This document shows positions 19,628 through 29,333 of a stretch of DNA of 64,000 nt, in pieces (position 1 is the stretch's first letter; every line of letters begins with the position of its first letter). Position numbers and translations under genes: made by a program. This stretch comes from Opitutaceae bacterium (lineage in GTDB: Bacteria; Verrucomicrobiota; Verrucomicrobiia; Opitutales; Coraliomargaritaceae). Location: assembly GCA_051252375.1 (NCBI GenBank), contig JBPOFY010000002.1:480001-544000 (forward strand), given 5' to 3'. The notes under the pieces were generated by a model. It made no database searches. It saw only the letters and a list, made by a program, of their open reading frames with translations, and was not told the origin of the DNA.

Positions 19628-20677
19628 ATGCCCAAACTCCGACGCATCATCCACATCGACATGGACTGCTTTTATGCAGCGGTGGAAATGCGTGAGCATC
19701 CGGAGCTGGCAAATCGCCCGATCGCGGTCGGCGGTGCCTCGGGTCGCGGTGTGCTCACCACCTGCAACTACGCTGCCCGCGAATTTGGCATCCGCTCTGC
19801 AATGCCGGTTTTCAAAGCCCGCGAACTGTGCCCCTCGCTCGTCATTCTCCCCGTCCGCTTTGAACTCTACCGTGAAGCCTCACGAGCCATACGCGAAATT
19901 TTCAAACGTTACACCGATCTGATCGAGCCACTTTCACTGGATGAAGCCTATCTCGACGTCACACACCAAAAACGCAGCGGCGCTGAACTCGCCGAAGAAA
20001 TTCGCCAAGCCATTCACCACGAAACCGGACTCACCGCATCCGCCGGCATCGCACCCAATAAACTAGTCGCCAAGATCGCCAGCGATTGGAACAAACCGAA
20101 TGGGCAATGCGTCGTCCCACCTTCACAGATTGATGCGTTCATGCTCCCTCTACCCGTGCGGCGGATCTGGGGCGTCGGGCCAAAGAGCGCCGCTCGCCTC
20201 ACCGAGATGGGCATTGAAACCTGCGGCCAACTGCAAGCCCTCAACCAAACCGAGCTAGCTAGCGAATTCGGTAGCTTCGGCCTCGAACTCTATCGTCTCT
20301 GTCGTGGGATCGACGAACGCCCCGTCGAAGCCAACCGCATACGCAAAACACTGAGCAACGAAAATACCTTTTCAAAAAACTTAGAGTCACTGGAAGCCTG
20401 CGAAGAAGCACTTCTGCGCCAACACCGTGAGCTCATCGAGGACCTGCGAAGCAGCGCACCCGACCGAAAAATCGCCAAGGTCTTAGTCAAACTAAAGTTC
20501 AGCGACTTCCAGCGCACCACCGCAGAGATGCCGGCACAGCAAGCCGAACCTAAACTCTATCGTCAATTACTACGCGAGGCATGGGGCCGCAGCGGTCAAC
20601 CCGTGCGTCTCCTCGGACTTGGCGTGCGTTTCGCCGAAACTGACAGCAGCCCAGAGCAACTAGAGCTCGGGCTATAG
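19628..20677 (+). CDS. dinB: DNA polymerase IV
   Basis: IIHIDMDCFYAAVE, SLDEAYLD, AKIASD motifs; C-terminal QLELGL clamp-binding motif. Confidence 0.98.
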   Translation: MPKLRRIIHIDMDCFYAAVEMREHPELANRPIAVGGASGRGVLTTCNYAAREFGIRSAMPVFKARELCPSLVILPVRFELYREASRAIREIFKRYTDLIEPLSLDEAYLDVTHQKRSGAELAEEIRQAIHHETGLTASAGIAPNKLVAKIASDWNKPNGQCVVPPSQIDAFMLPLPVRRIWGVGPKSAARLTEMGIETCGQLQALNQTELASEFGSFGLELYRLCRGIDERPVEANRIRKTLSNENTFSKNLESLEACEEALLRQHRELIEDLRSSAPDRKIAKVLVKLKFSDFQRTTAEMPAQQAEPKLYRQLLREAWGRSGQPVRLLGLGVRFAETDSSPEQLELGL

Positions 20678-20698
20678 TGCACCTTTTACATCTATCAC

Positions 20699-20769
20699 GG
20701 TAGGGCGCGATTTCCGCATCGCGCCGCACTGCATTAGCTTTCGGTTCGTTAAGGATAACGAACCCTACC
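20699..20769. repeat. GTAG REP doublet, family D
   Basis: ggtagggcgcgatttccgcatcgcgccg...cggttcgttaaggataacgaaccctacc; another copy at 43494-43564, an arm at ~46280-46307. Confidence 0.8.
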
Positions 20770-20814
20770 ATAAAACACGCACGGCGGTGACGGAGCACCA
20801 CCCTCCAAAATAAA

Positions 20815-20952
20815 TCAATCGCCGGCTTTTTGCATCGACTCACCGAGCGATTCCACATCTTGCCCGAGACCCTTCATCGTGTTGCAGCCCGTGAGCAACA
20901 TGAAAGAAAAGATAAACGAGACAGCGAGTAGTTTTTGTATCATAGATTTCAT
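20815..20952 (-). CDS. Entericidin EcnA/B family lipoprotein (45 aa)
   Basis: Below the ORF-track cutoff. Manual translation MKSMIQKLLAVSFIFSFMLLTGCNTMKGLGQDVESLGESMQKAGD; lipobox LTGC followed by NT..G.GQD. Confidence 0.9.
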   Translation of the reverse strand: MKSMIQKLLAVSFIFSFMLLTGCNTMKGLGQDVESLGESMQKAGD

Positions 20953-20994
20953 GGTTCGAAAAATAGCCCAAACCCTAAAAGGATCAAGTGAAAG

Positions 20995-21804
20995 CTACAA
21001 CTTTGGCACCGCCTCCAGCAACTTCCGAGTATATGGATGCTGCGGATTTGCATAAATTTCGTCCGCCGAGGCCTGTTCTACGATTTTGCCTTCAGTCATG
21101 ACCAGCACCTGATCACTGATGTGCTCCACCACTGCGAGGTCGTGTGCAATGAAGAGATAGGTCAGGTTCAGCTCCTCCTGTAAATCCTGCAACAAATTGA
21201 CGATCTGCGCCTGCACCGACACGTCGAGCGCACTCACCGGTTCGTCACAAATGATGAAGTCCGGCTCCACGGCCAAGGCACGCGCGATCCCGATGCGTTG
21301 ACGCTGCCCACCACTAAACTGGTGCGGATAGCGCTGCATGAAATCTGCGCTCAAACCGACCTTTTCGAGCAGATCTGCCACTCGTGCTTCTTTTTGCGCA
21401 CGCGTCCACGACTTGAAATGGATGTCCAATGGCTCCGCGATGATGCTGTAGATCGTCATCCGCGGATTGAGTGAACCGAATGGATCCTGAAAGATAACCT
21501 GTATTTTCTTACGGTAGGCAAAAAACTCCGCGCGCGACAAGGGAGCCAAATCTTGCCCCTCATAAACGATACTGCCCGCTTCGATTGGCACTAAACGGGC
21601 GATGGCCCGACCAGTCGTTGTTTTACCACTGCCACTCTCACCGACCAAACCAACCGTCTGGCCACGCATAACATCGAAAGAAATACCATCTACAGCCTTC
21701 ACAACATCCACCGTGCGTTGGAGCACCCCACCCTTTATCGGGAAGTGGACTTTTAGATCACGAACTGAAAGCAATGGGGCTTCTGCTGGAACATTCTCAG
21801 ACAT
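20995..21804 (-). CDS. Oligopeptide/dipeptide ABC transporter ATP-binding protein (OppF-like)
   Basis: [39 protein letters not shown] motifs. Confidence 0.92.
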   Translation of the reverse strand: MSENVPAEAPLLSVRDLKVHFPIKGGVLQRTVDVVKAVDGISFDVMRGQTVGLVGESGSGKTTTGRAIARLVPIEAGSIVYEGQDLAPLSRAEFFAYRKKIQVIFQDPFGSLNPRMTIYSIIAEPLDIHFKSWTRAQKEARVADLLEKVGLSADFMQRYPHQFSGGQRQRIGIARALAVEPDFIICDEPVSALDVSVQAQIVNLLQDLQEELNLTYLFIAHDLAVVEHISDQVLVMTEGKIVEQASADEIYANPQHPYTRKLLEAVPKL

Positions 21805-21865
21805 ATAAAAAGAGGTATAAGTTGAATTTACTGAAGCGCAACTGCCGTTCGCTTTGATTCAATAA

Positions 21866-22783
21866 TTATCCGAGACGACTGCCTCGATCAGGTGCCCCAT
21901 AAAAAAAAGCAGCCAAACCAGCCTGCAATTCACTGTTCGAGGCAAAGCAAACTCCTTGATGATTCATAAAAGTCGAATCCATACGATTCAGATCCAGCGC
22001 TCCACCCGCAAAATCTGTCGCGACGGCCCCGCCAGCCTCTTGAAACAAACAAGCAGTTGCCGCAAAATCCCAGATCGAGCCGCCACCCGCCTTCATCTTA
22101 GGCAATTTAAAGTAACACGCCGGTGGGCATTCCAACACACTGCAAGCGTTCATGACCGCGCCGCCGCCGATCACCACATCCAACCCGCTAAAACCAAATT
22201 GAACGGCAAAGGCTTCCATGCGCGCCACCATCTCCTCGCGATTGGACTGTGTCTCAAAAGTGCAATCACAGTAAAAGCGTAAGCACTGCTGTGAGCGATC
22301 GTCACTCATGGTCCGCGCTTCCCAGGCACGACCATCTCGCATGATGCCTTGCCCTGCAACCGCTCGATACAATGTGCCAACCACCGGATCAAATACCACC
22401 CCCAGCATTGGCTTCCCATCGTGCCGGATCAGCGCAATCGAAACGGCATAGCCGGGCTTTTGCTGCGTAAAGGGCAAGGTCCCATCCAGCGGATCGATAC
22501 ACCAAAAATAATCCTCCGCTAACCGAGAGCCATCGTCTTCGCGTTCTTCCGTCAACAATGCCAATCCATAAGCTTCAAATGTCGGTGACAAATGCTTCAA
22601 CACAATCGCCTGACTCAATTCATCCACTTCCGTCACCACCTGCGTGGCAAGGCTATCGCTCCCGGACTTATGCTGCACCGCTACCTCTTTTTGACTATAG
22701 CTCGCGATCAACGCTCCGGCTTCACGCGCGGCAGCTTCTGCCACATCGGCCAGTATATTCAATGTCTCGACTTCTAGTTGCAT
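21866..22783 (-). CDS. Inositol monophosphatase/CysQ family phosphatase
   Basis: [19 protein letters not shown] motifs; GGAGG SD before ATG 22783; overlaps the upstream kinase gene by 10 bp. Confidence 0.88.
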   Translation of the reverse strand: MQLEVETLNILADVAEAAAREAGALIASYSQKEVAVQHKSGSDSLATQVVTEVDELSQAIVLKHLSPTFEAYGLALLTEEREDDGSRLAEDYFWCIDPLDGTLPFTQQKPGYAVSIALIRHDGKPMLGVVFDPVVGTLYRAVAGQGIMRDGRAWEARTMSDDRSQQCLRFYCDCTFETQSNREEMVARMEAFAVQFGFSGLDVVIGGGAVMNACSVLECPPACYFKLPKMKAGGGSIWDFAATACLFQEAGGAVATDFAGGALDLNRMDSTFMNHQGVCFASNSELQAGLAAFFYGAPDRGSRLG

Positions 22784-23772
22784 AACCCCTCCTCCTTCAT
22801 TTGAGCGATCACTGAACGAGCCAGACACTCACTATAACTGTGCACCTTCCAATGCCCCGGACTCCAGCCCTTCAAAAAGCGATGAAAGTCAGTCCAAGCC
22901 ACGGCATACAAATTACGCCACTCGCGTTCCACTGCATCAGCATCGACAGCTGGATGCGCCCGCGAGAGCTCTGCCCGTAGCGCTTGAAAGTAGACTTCCA
23001 GCATCCCAGGTGCCTTCGCCTCACACTCGGCTTCATCGTAACAACTCCCAATAAAATACGCCACATCCGACATGCCACATCCGCGGCCGATATACTGAAA
23101 ATCGACCGCCGCGACCGATGCCTCTTTTTTAGAAAAACAAAAATTAGCCAACTTCGCATCTCCATGCACCAAGGTGGTGAAACGAGCAGCCTTCAACTTC
23201 GCGTCAATCGCCTCCGCACAAGCGCATAGCTCTGGGTCCTCACGCAACAACACTTGCAACTCATCCGATCGCGTCTCCAAGTGCCAATAACAACCAGTCG
23301 ACCACAGACCAACGGGGCTCTCGCCCATGAAACGCGCATGCAATGCCGCCAGCCATTGCAAACACAGATGAGCCTCGGCGTCAGTCACTCGACTGCGGCG
23401 ACCAGAAAAACCTGCAGCATCCAAATCCTCCAACACCAACACTACTTCATCTTCATTCGACTCGATACCATAGCACGACGGCACACGGCAATTTGAGTCA
23501 CAACGCCCTGCCCAATCCTGATACCACGCCGTCTCCACCGCATACGATTTCAGCTTTCGTTCATGCGACAAATCCGTGTTCCAACCGCGCGGGTGATTCA
23601 GACCATCCGGCGGCGACACATGTTTCACCACCACACTCGCAACAGTGCCACCTTCCAGTTCATAGCGAACAATGGAACCATAGCCACTCCACAGCCGCTG
23701 AATCATATGCGACGCCTGAATGCCACTGGCACCTGTTGATTTAAGAATCTTTTGTTCGACGCATTGACTCAT
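22774..23772 (-). CDS. APH/choline-kinase-like phosphotransferase (DUF1679/EcKinase-like)
   Basis: [33 protein letters not shown] motifs. Confidence 0.88.
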   Translation of the reverse strand: MSQCVEQKILKSTGASGIQASHMIQRLWSGYGSIVRYELEGGTVASVVVKHVSPPDGLNHPRGWNTDLSHERKLKSYAVETAWYQDWAGRCDSNCRVPSCYGIESNEDEVVLVLEDLDAAGFSGRRSRVTDAEAHLCLQWLAALHARFMGESPVGLWSTGCYWHLETRSDELQVLLREDPELCACAEAIDAKLKAARFTTLVHGDAKLANFCFSKKEASVAAVDFQYIGRGCGMSDVAYFIGSCYDEAECEAKAPGMLEVYFQALRAELSRAHPAVDADAVEREWRNLYAVAWTDFHRFLKGWSPGHWKVHSYSECLARSVIAQMKEEGLCN

Positions 23773-23793
23773 GATGATGCACGACTGGTGGCA

Positions 23794-24138
23794 TTAAGCC
23801 TTCTTCACCACCGAAGTCTTCAGCTTCATTCCGCCGAAGCCTGGGATTTTACAATCGATATCATGATCGCCCCCACAGAGCCGAATATTCTTCACTTTAG
23901 TGCCCACCTTGAGAACCGATGACGTGCCACCAACTTTTAAATCTTTAATCACCGTAACGGTGTCACCATCCACGAGAGGCGTGCCGTAAGCATCTTTATA
24001 TTGCGGCTCATCGGATGCTTCTTCCTTCGCCGCATCCGCAGCCGAAAACTCATGCCCACAATCAGGACAAACGAACAGCGCTCCGTCTTCGTAAGTGTAT
24101 TCAGAATCGCATTCCGGACAATTTGGTAAATTTGACAT
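23794..24138 (-). CDS. yjdM: Zn-ribbon protein PhnA/YjdM
   Basis: [38 protein letters not shown] motifs. Confidence 0.92.
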   Translation of the reverse strand: MSNLPNCPECDSEYTYEDGALFVCPDCGHEFSAADAAKEEASDEPQYKDAYGTPLVDGDTVTVIKDLKVGGTSSVLKVGTKVKNIRLCGGDHDIDCKIPGFGGMKLKTSVVKKA

Positions 24139-24247
24139 AAATAAAGTCACGCCCGAGGCCGCACCCAAAGCAAGCGATAATTAAAGCAAACAGGCAGGGA
24201 TGCCGGTCTTAAATCGCACAGCTTTAACGAGAATTCAGAAAAAAACC

Positions 24248-24329
24248 TGGAGGGTTGCGCTCCGTCGCAACCGCCGATGGTTCGACGCATTTAGGTGTTT
24301 CTGCGGCAATGACGGAGCATTGCCCTCCA
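24248..24329. repeat. GGAG REP doublet, family B
   Basis: tggagggttgcgctccgtcgcaaccg...cggcaatgacggagcattgccctcca; arms identical to those at 38621. Confidence 0.85.
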
Positions 24330-24430
24330 GATATACACTTAAAGCCACCCTCCTAAACTTCAGACCCAAAGATACAGATCAACCCGATCGACACTTGCAC
24401 CCGCACCGCACTTAAGGCTGATTCTCTTGC

Positions 24431-24661
24431 ATGCAAGAAGTCATCATCAACAAAGAGCCCATCGAATTATTCAAATTGTTAAAATTTGAAGGCCTCTGTT
24501 CCAGCGGCGGCGAAGCTAAAGCCGTCATCGCCGACGGACACGTCACGCTCAACGGAGTGGTTGAAACACAAAAGCGCAAGAAGCTGGTTTCTGGTGACAC
24601 CGTCGTGTTCAACGGCACCACCTTACAGATCCGTTTGGCAGACGCTCCCGAATCTGATTAA
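24431..24661 (+). CDS. S4-domain RNA-binding protein (YbcJ/YaaA-like)
   Basis: IELFKLLK..SGGEAK..VTLNG.VETQKRKKL motif. Confidence 0.92.
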   Translation: MQEVIINKEPIELFKLLKFEGLCSSGGEAKAVIADGHVTLNGVVETQKRKKLVSGDTVVFNGTTLQIRLADAPESD

Positions 24662-25626
24662 GCTTTCTCGCCTTTCACAGGCGCCTCTGCGTCTGGATTC
24701 TCGCTGTTCACTTCCATCATGGCTTCTGCCTCAGCGGCTTCGGCATCTTCGGCTTTATCAAAAGCTAGCTCTTCGGCGGTCTTTTCTTCCACGACGACAA
24801 CTGGCTTCGAATGCGCATTCTGTTTAGGAATGAATACCACACCCGCTGCTTGAGGGCGTTGATTCATAAAAGTCGGCGATACGATTTCCACGTTTGCACC
24901 GTGTAGCACATCGAGCATCGATTTCTTTAAGCGCGATCGAGTCGTCAAGATGGTTTTGATGTCCTCCAAGAACCCGGAAACTTTGTAAGTCACGGAGAAA
25001 TCACCCAACTCCAAAACATGCACATAGGGGTCTTGCAGCTCGATGGCTTTCGCAGCCTCGATCAAAAGTTTCTCTACATGGGTATGCTCTAAGTCGTATC
25101 CCAGCGATACGGTCGAAGAAACAATTGTCCCCGAGCTACGCACGACTGTGACGGGATTGGTGACTAGATACAGATTCGGGAAGGTCGTTAGATCACGGTC
25201 TTCGGTCTGAATTTCGGTGTGAAAAATCCCACGCTCCGTCACCCGACCACCCTGATCATGGATTTTGATATAATCCCCGACTCGAAAGCTACGCGTTAAG
25301 CGCAACATGGAACCGGCAAACGCATTGGCGACAAACGTTGTCGAGGACAAGGCCATCACACCCGTCAATAGCAGCCCCATCAAGCTAAGCATCTGCGCGC
25401 GCAAGGTATCACTGATCGGGAGCGCCAAAACGATTAAAACCACACCGATAATGCTAAACACCAACATCAAGACTTGAGGCACGATCTTTCGATCTGAAAA
25501 AGCATTCAGTTTCTTTCCCAACCACAACCATTGAATCACCCGCAGCGTGACCAACACCACCGTGGTGATAATAATCAACGGCAGATAATCAGGAAGTGCC
25601 GCATATATTTTATCGAGATCGAGCAT
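24658..25626 (-). CDS. MscS-family mechanosensitive channel
   Basis: Three TM helices, FRVGDYI, GRVTERG, TTFPNLYL; start MLDLDK at 25626. Confidence 0.88.
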   Translation of the reverse strand: MLDLDKIYAALPDYLPLIIITTVVLVTLRVIQWLWLGKKLNAFSDRKIVPQVLMLVFSIIGVVLIVLALPISDTLRAQMLSLMGLLLTGVMALSSTTFVANAFAGSMLRLTRSFRVGDYIKIHDQGGRVTERGIFHTEIQTEDRDLTTFPNLYLVTNPVTVVRSSGTIVSSTVSLGYDLEHTHVEKLLIEAAKAIELQDPYVHVLELGDFSVTYKVSGFLEDIKTILTTRSRLKKSMLDVLHGANVEIVSPTFMNQRPQAAGVVFIPKQNAHSKPVVVVEEKTAEELAFDKAEDAEAAEAEAMMEVNSENPDAEAPVKGEKA

Positions 25627-25731
25627 GTGGTATAGAGGACGGGTATTCAAAAAAAGTAGTGATCGGTAAAGTCCACCGACTACGATGACATTCACAATAA
25701 GATCACTAGAATCATTCCGACTCGATCACTT

Positions 25732-28053
25732 TTATTCATTATTCTTGATACTAAAATGCCGCAACCGTAGCGCGTTACTCACCACCGAGACGGAACTGAG
25801 TGCCATCGCTGCACCCGCGATCATCGGACTGAGTAAGATGCCGAAGAACGGATACAGTATGCCCGCGGCTAGGGGCACGCCTAGCCCATTGTAGATGAAG
25901 GCGAAGAAGAGATTTTGCCGAATGTTGCCCATCACCGCGCGGCTCAGTCGCAGGCCGCCGACGATACCACGCAGGTCGCCTTTGACCAGCGTCAGCCCAG
26001 CGCTTTCAATCGCCACGTCGGTGCCCGTGCCCATCGCGATACCGACATCGGCCGCGGCCAGCGCGGGCGCGTCGTTGATCCCGTCGCCCGCCATCGCCAC
26101 GCGGTGGCCTTGCGCCTTCAGCTCATTCACGATACGTTGTTTATCCTCCGGCGAGACTTCAGCATGCACTTCGTCGATACCGAGCTCTTTGGCGACTGCC
26201 TGCGCGGTGCGGGTGTTATCCCCCGTGCACATGACGACTGTAATACCCATGGCATGCAGCGATTCAATCGCTTCTTTAGAACTCTCTTTGATCGGGTCAG
26301 CGATGGCGATGAGCCCCAGTAGTTGTTCGCCTTTGGCCACCCAAACCACCGTCTTGGCTTCGCCCTGCAGACGCTCGGCTTCTTGCGCGAGGTCGTCAGG
26401 TATGGCGACGTCGCCTGACTCGATAAAAGCACGTTTGCCGATGCGGATCCGTGCGCCGTCCACTTGAGCTTGGACACCGCCGCCCGTGGTGCTTTCAAAA
26501 TCTGTTACCACAGGCACGGTCAAGCCATCGGCCTTCGCCTTGTCCACCACGGCCCGCGCCAGTGGATGCTCGGACTGCGATTCAATCGCAGCGGCCAAAC
26601 GTAACAGGTCTTCGACAGCGACATCTGCAGCCACTTGAATTGCCACCACCGCAGGTTTGCCCTCTGTCAGTGTGCCAGTCTTGTCGGTGATTAAATGCGT
26701 GACCTTCTCGGCCCGCTCGATCGCTTCGGCGTTCTTAACCAAGATCCCATTTTGCGCGCCCTTCCCTACGCCCACCATGATCGACATCGGCGTCGCCAAA
26801 CCCAAGGCACACGGACAGGCAATGATCAGCACGGAGAGCGCCACTACCATCGCATAAGCCATCGAAGGAGCGGGTCCGAAAATGGCCCACAACGTGAATG
26901 CCAGCACCGCGACCAAGACCACGGCAGGCACGAAATAGCCCGCCACCGAATCGGCCAACTTTTGGATCGGTGCACGACTACGCTGCGCCTGTGCCACCAT
27001 GCCGACGATTTGCGCCAGCATTGTTTCTTCGCCCACAGCTTCGGCCTCCATAATGAAGCTGCCGGTTTGGTTGACCGTCGCACCGATCACCGGATCGCCC
27101 TCGCCTTTCTGGACTGGAACAGGCTCACCTGTGATCATAGATTCGTCGATAGTGCTACTGCCTTCCAGAATCGAGCCATCCAACGGGATCTTCTCGCCGG
27201 GGCGCACCCGCAGGCGGTCACCTTTGTGAATGTCGTCGATTTCAACTTCAGATTCCTCGCCGTTTTCATCCAGCCGATGCGCAGTCTTGGCCGCGAGATC
27301 TAGCAAACTCTGTATCGCTTGACCGGTTTGACGCCGTGCGCGGGATTCCAGCCATTGACCAAACAAAATCAAAGTGGTGATGACCGCACCCGCTTCGAAA
27401 TAAAGCGCGACTTCACCATGCTGACGAAAAGACTCTGGGAAGAGCCCAGGAAACAGCACCGCAGCCACGCTGTAAGCATAGGCCGCGCCCACACCTAGCA
27501 TGATCAAGGTGAACATATTCAGGCTACGGTTGATGAGCGAGCGCCAGCCGCGGGTGAAAAACATACCGCCCGCCCAAAGGATCACTGGAGTGGCAAAGAT
27601 CAACTCCAGCCAGCCTTGCGTGCGTGGCGAAATGAAGCCTTCGAACGACAGCATTGGAATCATACTATCAAAAGCGAGCAACAGAATCGGTAAGGTCAGC
27701 ACACCCGCGACCAGCATTTTACGTTTCAAACTGCGGATCTCCTGCTCCTCTTCATCGTCCTCGCTCGTCGGAGTCATCCGCTCTAGGTCCATGCCGCACT
27801 TTGGACATTGCCCTGGCTGATCCTCTTGAATTTCCGGGTGCATCGGACAAGTCCAGACTTTGCTGGTAGTCTCCTGATAAGCCGGATTGCGTTCGAGGCG
27901 CATGCCACACTTTGGACAGTCGCCCGGCTGGTTCGATTCGACGCCCTCACACATGGGGCAGAAATACTTAGCCGAACTGGAAGGCTTCACCATGTCATCC
28001 GTATGCTCCTGCGCACAGCAGGAGTGCTTCTTTTGAGGTGTGTCGTGATGCAT
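25732..28053 (-). CDS. copA: Copper-translocating P1B ATPase with two N-terminal CPM(H/C)-type heavy-metal-binding domains
   Basis: YFCPMC..CPKCGM and [45 protein letters not shown]. Confidence 0.95.
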   Translation of the reverse strand: MHHDTPQKKHSCCAQEHTDDMVKPSSSAKYFCPMCEGVESNQPGDCPKCGMRLERNPAYQETTSKVWTCPMHPEIQEDQPGQCPKCGMDLERMTPTSEDDEEEQEIRSLKRKMLVAGVLTLPILLLAFDSMIPMLSFEGFISPRTQGWLELIFATPVILWAGGMFFTRGWRSLINRSLNMFTLIMLGVGAAYAYSVAAVLFPGLFPESFRQHGEVALYFEAGAVITTLILFGQWLESRARRQTGQAIQSLLDLAAKTAHRLDENGEESEVEIDDIHKGDRLRVRPGEKIPLDGSILEGSSTIDESMITGEPVPVQKGEGDPVIGATVNQTGSFIMEAEAVGEETMLAQIVGMVAQAQRSRAPIQKLADSVAGYFVPAVVLVAVLAFTLWAIFGPAPSMAYAMVVALSVLIIACPCALGLATPMSIMVGVGKGAQNGILVKNAEAIERAEKVTHLITDKTGTLTEGKPAVVAIQVAADVAVEDLLRLAAAIESQSEHPLARAVVDKAKADGLTVPVVTDFESTTGGGVQAQVDGARIRIGKRAFIESGDVAIPDDLAQEAERLQGEAKTVVWVAKGEQLLGLIAIADPIKESSKEAIESLHAMGITVVMCTGDNTRTAQAVAKELGIDEVHAEVSPEDKQRIVNELKAQGHRVAMAGDGINDAPALAAADVGIAMGTGTDVAIESAGLTLVKGDLRGIVGGLRLSRAVMGNIRQNLFFAFIYNGLGVPLAAGILYPFFGILLSPMIAGAAMALSSVSVVSNALRLRHFSIKNNE

Positions 28054-28105
28054 GATGTAAGCTCCTTTAATTAAGTGATATTGAATTATACAGACAACGA
28101 CGCGT

Positions 28106-28615
28106 CTACTCAGCGCTCTCGACTAGCTGCTTTTCGACACTGCCACAATGCAGCATCATCGAACCATAATAAGGATTGAGCACCTTATCATTTCCCTGAA
28201 TCCAACTGCCGCCATTGCCCCCGAAAGCCATTGGGCAACGAGCCACGAATAGCGGAGTCTTGCCAGTCGTTCCGACATGTTCGACCAAGGATTGAAATTC
28301 AGTCGATAGCGCAAGGAAAGCAATACGAGCCGCTGCAATGTCTTTCGTAGCCTGAATCTGCGCCACAGACTTCCGCAAAGTAACGACAGTCGCTTTCGCA
28401 TCATCCGCTGCTGGAGCCGCAACTAGCGCAGCAAAAAATGCACCCGCAGCCTTTTGGCTCGCTGCGAGATCATCGCCAGCAAGCCTAGTTTGTATCTGCA
28501 AATACGGTTCAACCAACGTGTCGACAAATGCCGGAGTAAAGGCCTTCGAATGTGCGAAAGCGGAATGACTTAGCACAATGCTAAGCATGAGTAGGACTGT
28601 TTTTTGTAGTTTCAT
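28106..28615 (-). CDS. Secreted DUF3347 protein
   Basis: Signal peptide; YLQIQ..LA.DD and CPMA..W..NPYYG.MM.HCG motifs. Confidence 0.85.
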   Translation of the reverse strand: MKLQKTVLLMLSIVLSHSAFAHSKAFTPAFVDTLVEPYLQIQTRLAGDDLAASQKAAGAFFAALVAAPAADDAKATVVTLRKSVAQIQATKDIAAARIAFLALSTEFQSLVEHVGTTGKTPLFVARCPMAFGGNGGSWIQGNDKVLNPYYGSMMLHCGSVEKQLVESAE

Positions 28616-28654
28616 ATTATGTATTGGTTAAATTGATACGAAATGAATCACAGC

Positions 28655-29332
28655 TTAGTGAGCATGCTCACTGTGATCCTCGTGACCTTGAGAAGCCTCT
28701 TCCTTCACCAGATTCATACCGCAGATAGAACACTTGCCGGGAGCATCACTGGTTATTTGAGGATGCATGGGACAGACGTATGCGCCGTCGGTGTGAGCGT
28801 CTTCCGCAGAAGGTGCCGTCGCCCGTAGCGAACGAACATAACCGTAGACCGCTTGCACTTCGTCCTCCTTAAGAATACTTTTCCAGCCCGTCATCGGCGT
28901 GCCAGGCACACCGTTCTTGATAATATGTATCCGACCTTGGTCCGAATAATACGAGGAGTGTGCAGGATCGGTAAAGTCGGCTGGCTTCTGCGCGAAGACC
29001 ACGGATGCTGGTCCGTCGCCCTTGCCGCTCACGCCGTGGCAGGTCACACATGTCCTGGCATAGACTTCTTTGCCTTTGGCGATCACCACCTCACTCATCG
29101 CGGGCACCGAAACATCATACTGTTCTTTCAGTTCCGCTTTGAGTGACGCACGCACCGCATCCATATGTTGCATGTGCCCGCCGCCCGCATGCCCATGGTC
29201 GGCTTCGGCATGTTCATGGTGCCCTTCCATTTCGCTATCGTGATGGTCGGCATCTCCGCAACCAGCAAGCAGCAGACTGAGCGAGACAGTAGAGATAGCG
29301 ACAGTAGTGATCAGATAGTTTTGGATTTTCAT
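28655..29332 (-). CDS. Lipoprotein: His-rich linker, monohaem cytochrome c, heavy-metal-binding domain
   Basis: LAGC lipobox; CVTCH with distal Met (GTPM); YVCPMHP..CSICGMNL; His-rich N- and C-terminal segments. Confidence 0.88.
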   Translation of the reverse strand: MKIQNYLITTVAISTVSLSLLLAGCGDADHHDSEMEGHHEHAEADHGHAGGGHMQHMDAVRASLKAELKEQYDVSVPAMSEVVIAKGKEVYARTCVTCHGVSGKGDGPASVVFAQKPADFTDPAHSSYYSDQGRIHIIKNGVPGTPMTGWKSILKEDEVQAVYGYVRSLRATAPSAEDAHTDGAYVCPMHPQITSDAPGKCSICGMNLVKEEASQGHEDHSEHAH

Positions 29333-29333
29333 A

